From a virus (taxonomy: Duplodnaviria > Caudoviricetes): 43,488 nt of DNA. The translations under genes and the position numbers were made by a program. Below are positions 7,972 through 16,594 of the stretch, in pieces. Within the stretch, counting starts at the first letter, position 1. Each line of letters starts with the position of its first letter. The notes below the pieces were generated by a model. It was not told the DNA's origin and searched no databases. It was given only the letters and a program-made list of their open reading frames with translations. Where the stretch lies: the IMG/VR virus record IMGVR_UViG_3300020045_008791, positions 1 through 43,488 of that record; one strand, 5' to 3'.

Positions 7972-9927
7972 ATGCTAAGCGAAACACTTTACTCAGCTAA
8001 TACTCCGGTTTCCAGTTATCAACCTTCAAAGGAAATTTCTGACTTTACAAAACTTGTCAAAGATGATTACTCGCAAGGTGTAGAAATCCTAAACAAGCCG
8101 TGGGTTGAACTCAATGATCTCTCTGTGATCGAAAGAATGAATCGAGACCAGAGAACTTTCAATGCGTTTGTGGATGAAAACATTGAAGATCCTAAAGAAG
8201 CGTGGAAGTGGCGTGGCACACGTTCCAAGGCTAGAAACAAGGCTATTGCCATGCACGCACAGCTTACTGCTGGCTATATCATCCCGATGTTTATGGCCCA
8301 GAATGAGAATGACGAGGAAGATCGTGATTTCTCTGATTGTATGAGAGACATTGCCGAATGGATGGTAGAGAATTCAGATTACAAACAGTCATTTCTCACA
8401 ACAGCCATGATGATGTTGGTCAACCCTGTAACTTACATGGGTGCAGAATATGCTCAGGTCTATCAAACAGTTAAAGAGAAAACAGAGAGTGGTTGGTCTA
8501 AAAAAGAAATATTGGACGAAGTACATTCCGGTTTCAAAGCACCAGTTTACTCGGCTGACGAAATTCTTATCACCAATGCTCATGTTCAACCAATTCAAAG
8601 ACAGCGAGCTATAGTCAAAAGACGTTACATTGATTACTCTGATGCCAAAGCTAAATACGGAGACCACGAGAACTTTGAATTTGTAAAACCCGGACAGAAA
8701 TCAATTTATTCAAGTGATGAGGGTCTTTTCTATGATGTGAAGGATGACGCTCACCCGACTCTAGTCGAAGAATGCACGCATCTCAATCGTCGTGACGACT
8801 CGGGTGTGTGTTTTATCGGAGGTATCTACCTCGGAGACTCGGATGTTGAGCATAATCCTATTAAACACAGAGACAATCGTGGTGCGCCCAAATACAACGT
8901 TATCCCATTCGGCTATCAGCGAATTAACGAACACTTCTTTTATTACAAGTCTCTGATGAACTCACTTCACTGGGACAATCAGCTGTTGGATGCTCAATAC
9001 GAAATCGGAATGAATAGACTGTTTTTGGAAACAGAAATGCCGATTATCATCTCTGGCGCAGAAAAGGTAGATAGCGATATTGTTTTCCCCGGTGCTGTTA
9101 CGTCGTTCTCATCGCCAGATGTTAAATCGACACCAGCTATTCCGCAATCGAACATAGGCAATCTATTCGCTGGCATGTCTCAGTCTGAAAAGTCCATTGA
9201 TGAGGCTACGGTTTCCGATGTTACGGGCGGTCAATTACCTTCAGGAGATCAGAAAGCCACGGGTATTGCTATTGCCGAACGAAATGCAAAAACATTACTC
9301 AAGGGTGTCGGTAACTCACTTGGTATATCTATCACAGAATACGGAGGGTTGATGTCTGATATTGCTGTGAATCACCTGACAGTTCCACAAGTTGCTGAAG
9401 TAGCCGGTGTACAAGGCAAGATGAAATATCCAACATTCATTCTCGATAACAAGCAAGTTAAGGGCAAGAATGTATCCAAGGTTCTACGTTTTGATGATTC
9501 TCTTTTGGGTGCTGAAATGACAGATGAAGAGAAAGAGAAGGCTGAAATATCACTCGCTGAGGAATCAGGTTATCCGAACGATGATAAGTCCATCTACAGG
9601 ATCAATCCCGAACTCTTTAGGAGAATGAAATACCTCACAAAGGTAGAACCATCCGTAATGTTTCCTAAGAACGAGGAGTATCAGCAGGCTATGTATAGTC
9701 AGATATATAATCAGTTTGCTCCTAATCCATTTGTGTCACTTGAGGCGTTGACCCGAAAGACTTTGTATCAATATTTCAGAGGTGAAACCGAGGACGTTAT
9801 GCAGAAACCTGAAGAGGTAATGCCACCAATGCCGGGAGCTGAGACACCAACACCAGCAGGTGGGTCGATGGCAGGTAACGTGGCTGTGAATAAGGGGCTT
9901 TCCTCTGGAATGACAGGTGTGTTATAA
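7972..9927 (+). CDS. Portal protein (podovirus-type)
   Basis: 651 aa following TerL; FYYKSL, IVFPGAV and KATGIAIAERNA resemble P22-like portals; Pro/Met/Gly-rich tail. Confidence 0.8.
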   Translation: MLSETLYSANTPVSSYQPSKEISDFTKLVKDDYSQGVEILNKPWVELNDLSVIERMNRDQRTFNAFVDENIEDPKEAWKWRGTRSKARNKAIAMHAQLTAGYIIPMFMAQNENDEEDRDFSDCMRDIAEWMVENSDYKQSFLTTAMMMLVNPVTYMGAEYAQVYQTVKEKTESGWSKKEILDEVHSGFKAPVYSADEILITNAHVQPIQRQRAIVKRRYIDYSDAKAKYGDHENFEFVKPGQKSIYSSDEGLFYDVKDDAHPTLVEECTHLNRRDDSGVCFIGGIYLGDSDVEHNPIKHRDNRGAPKYNVIPFGYQRINEHFFYYKSLMNSLHWDNQLLDAQYEIGMNRLFLETEMPIIISGAEKVDSDIVFPGAVTSFSSPDVKSTPAIPQSNIGNLFAGMSQSEKSIDEATVSDVTGGQLPSGDQKATGIAIAERNAKTLLKGVGNSLGISITEYGGLMSDIAVNHLTVPQVAEVAGVQGKMKYPTFILDNKQVKGKNVSKVLRFDDSLLGAEMTDEEKEKAEISLAEESGYPNDDKSIYRINPELFRRMKYLTKVEPSVMFPKNEEYQQAMYSQIYNQFAPNPFVSLEALTRKTLYQYFRGETEDVMQKPEEVMPPMPGAETPTPAGGSMAGNVAVNKGLSSGMTGVL

Positions 9928-9956
9928 TTTATCCATTAAAAACTAAAACAAAATAA

Positions 9957-10394
9957 ATGAAAGTCGGTGAATATAGTTTAATCAATTCTGACAAGGTGGA
10001 ACGTGCCTTGAACGGAACGCCGCAAGCAAACGGGGTGGCTATCGGTGGTGTGGGTGCAGGTGCGTATTTCGAGGACTTATGGAAAAGGGATGGCAAGGAG
10101 CTTTCAGAGACAGAAGTCTCAGAACTCAATAGAAGGCTTTTGGCTGAGTACGACAAGTTAGGTGGCTGTATAAAACGTGGTGATGACAAAGTAAAGACTG
10201 GTTCTTTCTATGATTTTAGTGCACGTAAGCCGAGAGTTGAGCCCCAGATAGTATTTACTTACATTGTGAATGGAAAAAACATCGACGTTGCTGATGGTGT
10301 TCAATTGCCGGGTATGGTCGTAGCGGCGAAGGTTATGGCTGAAGAGGCAAAGAAGACTAAGAAGTCCAAGAGGACGAGAGATGTTGATGAATAA
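9957..10394 (+). CDS. Hypothetical head-module protein
   Basis: 145 aa with an A-rich leader, between portal and scaffold. Confidence 0.7.
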   Translation: MKVGEYSLINSDKVERALNGTPQANGVAIGGVGAGAYFEDLWKRDGKELSETEVSELNRRLLAEYDKLGGCIKRGDDKVKTGSFYDFSARKPRVEPQIVFTYIVNGKNIDVADGVQLPGMVVAAKVMAEEAKKTKKSKRTRDVDE

Positions 10395-10734
10395 CGAGGA
10401 GCAGACAATTCTTCAGAAGTACTTGATTGGGTTTCTAGTGGGTGATGTGTTCAATACAGTGAGAGAGGAGGATGTTCTCAAGATACATGCACCTAATGCT
10501 TGGGAGCACAAAGGTAAGGCGTTAACAGAGGGTCAGGTGAAAGCTCTTAGACAAGAAGCCGATATCTTTAGGGAATCAGCACTGTGGCATATCCTAAAGG
10601 ATGAATTGAAGTGGCACGCTTATCAGAATGGCTACATTAAAGCTAAAACTGAGGCTGACATGATTTCGAGTAAGGTGCTTGAGTATCTGATCGGCGTGAT
10701 TGATAACAAGTTACAGAAGATGTCCGTGATATAA
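10381..10734 (+). CDS. Hypothetical head-module protein
   Basis: 117 aa helical protein (ESALWHILK) in the slot usually seen before the scaffold. Confidence 0.7.
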   Translation: MLMNNEEQTILQKYLIGFLVGDVFNTVREEDVLKIHAPNAWEHKGKALTEGQVKALRQEADIFRESALWHILKDELKWHAYQNGYIKAKTEADMISSKVLEYLIGVIDNKLQKMSVI

Positions 10735-10742
10735 GAGTGATG

Positions 10743-10925
10743 TTCATTAAAACTGAAAACGAAGGTGCTCGGCGAGGAGCAACGAGGTCGTTCTGCTAGG
10801 TTATCCATTCTCGCCAATGGATGACCGACTAGAGCGACTTCACCAGAAGTCGTTTTCTCGTACTAGGCGAATCCTAGATGTCCCGAAAGGACTAATTTAT
10901 GCCCACGGAGAGCTGTATCTCCGAT
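10743..10925 (+). ncRNA. Structured RNA leader with predicted kissing loops
   Basis: Multiple stems with G-U pairs on the + strand; loops GGCGAG (10771-10776) and CTCGCC (10810-10815) are complementary. Confidence 0.6.
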
Positions 10926-10931
10926 GTCTAT

Positions 10932-11681
10932 ATGACTCCAGAAGAACAAAAGAAGGCCGAGACTGCTAAAGCTGAAGCCGAAGCCAAAAAAGCAGAGGAA
11001 AAAGCAGATGATTCAGAAAAATCCGATGAAGAGGACGCTGAATCTAAGGACACTGACAAAGCACCCGATTATAAAGCTCTATTGGAGGAGGAGAAACGAA
11101 AGAGGGAAGATGCTGAAAAAGCTCTTGCTGAAAAACGATTCAAATCCGCAGAGCGAAAGCGACAAGAAGAGGAAGGCGAAGAGTCTGAAGAAGAAAGCGA
11201 GGAGGATAAACCCGTAACTCGCAAAGAACTTCAAGATCTCGTCGAGCGAACCCGGTCATCAACCTTCAAGGAACTCCAAGCTGATCGTATTAGCGATATA
11301 GCCAAAGGACTTGCAGATTCAGATGCTGAGGCCGAACTCATTGTTGAAATACACAAGAACCGAATCTTTCCATCTCACCTTTCATTAAAGGAACAGTTGG
11401 AAGAGTCGCACGCAATTGCCAATAGAAAGAAGCTAGTATCGAAGAACAGCGAGCTTAAACGTGCTTTAGCTAGTCGAGAAAACGCTTCTAACGATGCCGC
11501 TGGTACTCATCGTGACGGTATGGAAAGTACAGCTCCAAAGAAGTCAGCACAAGATGTTGAATCTTACAAGCGAGCAGGTTTCATCTACGACTCGAAAACG
11601 AAGGATTACAGGAAGAAGTTGCCAAGTGGCAAGATTCTTGTTAAAGACCCTCGTACTAAAGCGACATACATAGCTAAATAA
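10932..11681 (+). CDS. Putative capsid scaffolding protein
   Basis: Acidic disordered N-terminus plus coiled coils, upstream of the capsid genes; ATG 10932 preferred to 10899, which lies in the structured leader. Confidence 0.75.
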   Translation: MTPEEQKKAETAKAEAEAKKAEEKADDSEKSDEEDAESKDTDKAPDYKALLEEEKRKREDAEKALAEKRFKSAERKRQEEEGEESEEESEEDKPVTRKELQDLVERTRSSTFKELQADRISDIAKGLADSDAEAELIVEIHKNRIFPSHLSLKEQLEESHAIANRKKLVSKNSELKRALASRENASNDAAGTHRDGMESTAPKKSAQDVESYKRAGFIYDSKTKDYRKKLPSGKILVKDPRTKATYIAK

Positions 11682-11786
11682 TCGGAATTACGACGCATTA
11701 AAAGCAACGTTATGCTCTTGTGGCATAACAAAGTAATTCACTGGAAATGAAAGCTAGCAAACTAGCGGAATTTTCCTTTTACTCAC

Positions 11787-12317
11787 TTGGCACGAGCAGA
11801 TCTAAAAGTCATTGGCCCAGCCGCTATTTTCGCAAAGTTTGTTACATCAGGCGGAACAGCAATTCAGGCTGGCGAACCATTGCACAGAGTGGGCCACTCC
11901 TATACTTCAGGTGTATCTGATGTCAATACAATCGTATTGGCCGCAGCTGACACCCCAGTTATCGGAACTCACTCATTCGCAGGAGTTGCGAACGAAAACT
12001 CAGAGAACGCAGCAGCAGGTACTACAAACACCCAGTATCTCAATACAGCCGTTCCCGTTCCTTCAGTTGGAAGGATTCGCGGAAAGGCGGAGACACCCGG
12101 ATCAGTAGACACTGCTTCAGAGATGAATGGTTTTGTTGGAGATGTGACTCTTATCGACTACAACGCAACAGGCGCGGCCGATGGAGGACAACTCTACACC
12201 ATTAAAGAAGTAGCCTCAGCAGATACGTCAGGTCTTGAAATTGTTGGCGGAAACGTTGCACTTCAGACAATTGATGTAGTTGTTGACGGACGAGCATTCA
12301 GGACAGATGTTTCATAA
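11787..12317 (+). CDS. Putative capsid decoration/cement protein
   Basis: 176 aa, A/G/T-rich beta protein (AIQAGEP...FAGVA) between scaffold and MCP; TTG start. Confidence 0.7.
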   Translation: MARADLKVIGPAAIFAKFVTSGGTAIQAGEPLHRVGHSYTSGVSDVNTIVLAAADTPVIGTHSFAGVANENSENAAAGTTNTQYLNTAVPVPSVGRIRGKAETPGSVDTASEMNGFVGDVTLIDYNATGAADGGQLYTIKEVASADTSGLEIVGGNVALQTIDVVVDGRAFRTDVS

Positions 12318-12396
12318 TCTATCTTATAGGGTAGGTTTTTATTAAAGTAAAAACGGAAGTCTGAAATATTAAAATAATAAGGACTTCTGCACAAAC

Positions 12397-12443
12397 TTGA
12401 ATCCACAAGGAGGTCACACAGGACAACTTTCATCAGATGCGGT
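12397..12443 (+). CDS. Major capsid protein, exon 1
   Basis: TTG AAT CCA...GAT GCG GT| gives MNPQGGHTGQLSSDA(V); ends in the U of the intron P1 wobble. Confidence 0.75.
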
Positions 12444-12667
12444 TAATTTCAGCTAGGCCGCACTCTACAGCAATGTAGATGACTAAAATCTTCTCTAATC
12501 AATGGCGAACACCCAGAAGTGGGCAACGCTCAACAAGCGAAAGCAGTTGCAGAGACTAAGTGAGAAGAATCCTCAGTCGAGGAATATGCAATAGTCCGAC
12601 CTATGGTCATAACAAAAGGAAGCCATAGAGATAAGCAGAAATGACTTATCCGCAGTACATTGAAAAC

Positions 12668-12696
12668 TTGATTAAAACACACCAACAAGGTACAGT
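12668..12696 (+). promoter_or_regulatory. Intron-internal promoter for the HNH gene
   Basis: TTGATT-17 nt-TACAGT, then 6 nt to ATG 12703. Confidence 0.55.
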
Positions 12697-12702
12697 ACAT
12701 TC

Positions 12703-13290
12703 ATGATCACCTGTCCATTTTGCGATAAAGAATTTAAGCGAGTCTATCCCAAATGGACTGAAGAAAAAAAACGTCAACGTCGTTTTCAGCCAGCTTGGTT
12801 AAAAGCCAAGGACATCTTCACTGACTACAATAATGGGTATGCAATTAGGTGGCTTGTGCGGAAATACGGGGCAGATAAACGCACGATAAGGAAAATCCTA
12901 ACTGAGAATGGTGTTAAAAAGTTTAGGGGAAGAAAGGGTATTCAGGCATGGAATAAGGGGAAAAGTAATCCTCATTCTCTGGGTTCCAAAAATGTTAACT
13001 GGAAAGGCGGGGTCACCCCATTAAATATGAAAGTAAGAAGGTGCCCACGCTATAAATTCTGGGTTGGTGAAATTATGAAAAGGGATAACTTTACTTGCAA
13101 ACTTTGCCAGAAAGGAGGTGGGGACTTAGAAGTTGACCACTACCCTGTAATGTTCCGTGATATAATGGTACAAATCTCCTCCTTTGAGGAGGCTCTTGAA
13201 AGTCAAATATTATGGGATACGAATAATGGCCGAACACTGTGTAAGAATTGCCACAACAAAACAAAATCAAGTTTCAATAAATTGAAGTAA
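12703..13290 (+). CDS. Intron-encoded HNH homing endonuclease
   Basis: AWNKG and NVNWKGG DNA-binding-type motifs; RDNFTCKLC...EVDH...NNGRTLCKNCH. Confidence 0.9.
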   Translation: MITCPFCDKEFKRVYPKWTEEKKRQRRFQPAWLKAKDIFTDYNNGYAIRWLVRKYGADKRTIRKILTENGVKKFRGRKGIQAWNKGKSNPHSLGSKNVNWKGGVTPLNMKVRRCPRYKFWVGEIMKRDNFTCKLCQKGGGDLEVDHYPVMFRDIMVQISSFEEALESQILWDTNNGRTLCKNCHNKTKSSFNKLK

Positions 13291-13297
13291 CAAATTG

Positions 13298-14213
13298 CCA
13301 GACCGAAATTGACGGAGTTGCATACGAAAGATACCAGCGCACACAGCAGCCCGGTTATCTTTCAGCAACCGACTCATTCTTCTTCAAACAGTCTAATGAA
13401 CCTCTCCTAGCTTACACGTGGGATGAGGACTCAAATGTTGGTGCATTTGATGAGACAGACGAACAGGAGGAACTTACAAACACCGATACATTCATTGGTA
13501 ACACCAAGACCAAGAGAATGCAGAAATGGACGAAGCAGATCCCAGTTTCTATGGAATGCTTTAGGGCAGACCATGTCGGAAAGAGGCAGAGGATTGGTGA
13601 GCAGATGGGCGACAGAGCACGTCTCACACAGGATAAGAAGGCAATTCTTAATACCTATGGGGATGCGTTCTCTGGATCAATCAACACGACTCCAGACGGT
13701 CAGGCTCTTGCATCTAACTCTCATACCACGCTCAAGAGTGTCACAGTAGACAACCTTGAGACAGCAGCACTTGATTCTGATGGTCTTTGGACCACAGTTC
13801 AGAGTCTTGCCAATCAAAAGGCACAGGACGGTGAGGCTGGATCTTATGTCTTTGAAGGTCTAGGTGTTCCTTTCATTCTCTACAAAACCGCAAAAGAGAC
13901 TCTGGCTTCAGAACTCGTACCGGGATCAGGAGAGAACCAGATCAACATCTACGACACGGATTATGGAACAGTACGAATTGCTGCTTCTATTTTCCTCGGT
14001 TCTACATACAATTCGAACTCGAATGCAAACACGTCATATCACGTTATTTCAGGTAATCACATGGTAAACCGTAAGGTTCACATGGATTTGAGCACAACTC
14101 TTATCTTGCCTGAGTACACCGCGAATGACTCGTATGCTTATCGAGGCCGATTCCTTGAAGCTCACTTCCCAGAGACATTTTCTGGCTATGTAGGCAACAA
14201 CGGAACAGCATAA
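13298..14213 (+). CDS. Major capsid protein, exon 2 (spliced product 320 aa)
   Basis: Open frame from |C CAG ACC GAA (QTEIDG...) into the tracked 13518 ORF; TPDGQALASNSH and LETAALD motifs resemble HK97-fold capsids; position in head module. Confidence 0.85.
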
Positions 14214-14238
14214 TTACTACCACCTAATCACAATCACC

Positions 14239-14754
14239 ATGAACAAAACAACAGTAGTTTGGGTGGGTCTGATTGTGGTAGCACTTATCGCAATCGGCGG
14301 TTACATGTATCCAGAGGCCCAGAACATTCTTGGCGGGGGTACACGTTTCCCGAACGGACTTAGCGCAGATCGTACTGCACCTATAGATGGGCAAGTACGC
14401 GGAACGACTCTTACGATTACTGGAGCATCAACATTTGGTTCAGCTGGAACGGCAGTTACCGCACTTGAGTTCGGTACTTGCTCACCTTCTTTTCCGAGTG
14501 CTGATTTGGCTGCTTCAACAACAGCAACTGGTATTTGTACTGATTCTTCTGTTACAACATCGGATAAGTTTCTTGCAACTCAACGATTTACAGGCGCAAC
14601 GACAGGACTTCCATCATTGGGACTCTTTCCGGTGCTTAATGTGATCGCTACAACGTCCGGACAATACGGAATCGTTGTAACAAACTTTACTGGTGCGGCT
14701 TCAACTTCCATAAACGCGATTTACAGGACTTATTCAGTTCAAGTCACTCGTTAG
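14239..14754 (+). CDS. Head-module protein with N-terminal TM/signal helix
   Basis: MNKTTVVWVGLIVVALIAIGGY, then GTRFPNGL and a Thr-rich beta domain. Confidence 0.7.
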   Translation: MNKTTVVWVGLIVVALIAIGGYMYPEAQNILGGGTRFPNGLSADRTAPIDGQVRGTTLTITGASTFGSAGTAVTALEFGTCSPSFPSADLAASTTATGICTDSSVTTSDKFLATQRFTGATTGLPSLGLFPVLNVIATTSGQYGIVVTNFTGAASTSINAIYRTYSVQVTR

Positions 14755-14803
14755 TCCGTTTCCTTTGCCCGTCACTATCGAGGCGGGCAACGATGAGCGG
14801 ACT
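14755..14803 (+). promoter_or_regulatory. Long hairpin without U-tract (processing or stabilising element)
   Basis: GTCCGTTT..TTGCCCGTC-loop-GGCGGGCAA..GAGCGGAC at the head/tail boundary. Confidence 0.5.
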
Positions 14804-14840
14804 ACAAATTAAAAAAATAATTATAAGTTAGATTAACAAA

Positions 14841-15398
14841 ATGAAAAAAATTACATTAGTAACAATAGCAATCGGACTGGTCATTGCTATTGGCTTTCGC
14901 GTACATAAAGTTAGTGCGAATCCATCATACTTTGTTCCTACCGCACAAACAGCCACAGCCACAACTTCACCTGTATTCTTTCAAGCAGCTACTGCCACAA
15001 CAACCGTGGCTATCTACGACAGTTGGTATGTAGATACTTTAGGAGACTATAGGGCGGTAGACAGTGCTGCGCTTCTTCTAAGATTAGGAGCTACAACAAC
15101 TCCTTCATTCCACATTGTATACGAATACTCTCGCGGTGTAGAGGGATACAATTGCACAACGCAACCAACATTCTGTGAGTGGTATGCAGACAATTATGAG
15201 TCTAGCTCGACGGCTTTTCCCGGAAGAGACATCACCATTTCTAACGTGAAGACAATCACCGGTGCAGCAGGAACTACGACAAAGATCGTGAACATCCCGA
15301 TTCCAACAAGATATGTGAGAGTCACTGCTAAGGTAACAGGTGCACCGGGTAACGTATGGGCGCAGATTATACCGACTAAAGAACTTGCAGGAAAATAA
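14841..15398 (+). CDS. Beta-sandwich virion-module protein with signal peptide
   Basis: MKKITLVTIAIGLVIAIGF...VSA; C-terminal IPTRYVRV strand. Confidence 0.7.
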   Translation: MKKITLVTIAIGLVIAIGFRVHKVSANPSYFVPTAQTATATTSPVFFQAATATTTVAIYDSWYVDTLGDYRAVDSAALLLRLGATTTPSFHIVYEYSRGVEGYNCTTQPTFCEWYADNYESSSTAFPGRDITISNVKTITGAAGTTTKIVNIPIPTRYVRVTAKVTGAPGNVWAQIIPTKELAGK

Positions 15399-16594
15399 TG
15401 GCATTACACACTGTCTCACAACTTAAAGATGCAGTGGTAAGGAGGTTACCGGGTATTCAACTCGGTTCTACAATGGACGTGGATGGATATCTTGAGGACG
15501 CGGCACGAGCCATGCTTCTTGAGACGGACATTCCAGAGGCTAGTGCAAGAGAGGCTATAACGTTATACGACGGTGTGTATGATTACTCGGTAAGTCAATC
15601 TATATTTGGACAGAGTGTTATTGATCTTGTGCCACAGGGAAACTTTAGGACTCCATCGGACACAACTAGGAGGATAAACAGACAAGAATTTGATCGTTAC
15701 AAGAAGAGAGGTGGTGCGGGATCGAGGATAAGCTTCATTTATGACAATGGTGCCCCTATTGCTCGAATCGAGTCAGCGAGGCCACAATCGTTAGTAGTTG
15801 TAGACTCAATGCAAGAATCTGACGATTGGACAGCGGCCGGCAGCGCGTCAGGACTTGCTGAGGATACTGCTGATTATTATGAATATCCACACTCGCTCAG
15901 GTTTACTCTTACGGGTTCTTCAACTGGAACACTAACGAAGACAATCTCTGCGCTGAGTGTGAGTAATTATGAGAATCTAGGAGTTGTATTTCTTGCAATA
16001 AAGACACCATCAGCATCAAGTCTGACATCAGTCACATTAAGGATTGGATCAGACGCATCGAATTACGACGAGGTTACGGCCACAACAGGTTTTCTCGGAG
16101 CGTGGCAAGCTGATAAGTGGCTATTGGTTAAGTTTGATATGAGTACTGCCGCATCAACTGGAACTCCAGATTGGAGTGCCCTTGATTATGTTCAATTGAG
16201 GATCGCTCACACCGCAACAATGACGAATTTTCGAGTTGGTGATCTATTCATGTCCCTACCTTCACCACATGAGTTTGTTTATCCAACGGCTGCAATATGG
16301 AAAGCTGGTAGTGCAAATCCGTCACAAACAATTACGGCTAATTCGGATACGATACTTCTCAGTGATCCGGCCTTTCAGCTTTTGGCAGAACAGAGTGCTT
16401 ACGAGATAGCTTCAGGAAAGGGTAAATCTGGTGCTGGTCTTGCTAAGGAGATACATGCAGAGCTGTATGGTTCAGGACGGGATGTTGGCAAGTATGCGAA
16501 ATATCGTGCAGAGAATCCATCACAGCGATTAAAAGAAGTTAACACCTATTCGGGTTCGGCTAGGAGGTTGGCCCGACAATTTAGAAGTGGCTGA
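15398..16594 (+). CDS. Putative head-tail adaptor
   Basis: HTVSQLKDAV N-terminal helix and ITLYDGVYDYS; inserted beta domain; position before the nozzle. Confidence 0.6.
   Translation: MALHTVSQLKDAVVRRLPGIQLGSTMDVDGYLEDAARAMLLETDIPEASAREAITLYDGVYDYSVSQSIFGQSVIDLVPQGNFRTPSDTTRRINRQEFDRYKKRGGAGSRISFIYDNGAPIARIESARPQSLVVVDSMQESDDWTAAGSASGLAEDTADYYEYPHSLRFTLTGSSTGTLTKTISALSVSNYENLGVVFLAIKTPSASSLTSVTLRIGSDASNYDEVTATTGFLGAWQADKWLLVKFDMSTAASTGTPDWSALDYVQLRIAHTATMTNFRVGDLFMSLPSPHEFVYPTAAIWKAGSANPSQTITANSDTILLSDPAFQLLAEQSAYEIASGKGKSGAGLAKEIHAELYGSGRDVGKYAKYRAENPSQRLKEVNTYSGSARRLARQFRSG

Larger units (their letters stand above)
12444..13297 (+). mobile_element. Group I self-splicing intron (854 nt) in the MCP gene
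   Basis: P1 GCGGU/GCCGC with U-G at 12443; P2 TCTACA-GCAA-TGTAGA; P3 TCTTCTC/GAGAAGA; P5 CCCA-GAAG-TGGG; R element CAGAGACTA (12550) pairing with TAGTC (12592); P8, P9; terminal G at 13297; splicing restores the frame. Confidence 0.9.

Noticed and set aside
13423-13749. Tracked ORFs 13423-13749, 13412-13627 and the MCP start at 13518
   Set aside because: They are off-frame or internal to MCP exon 2, whose frame is open from 13298.
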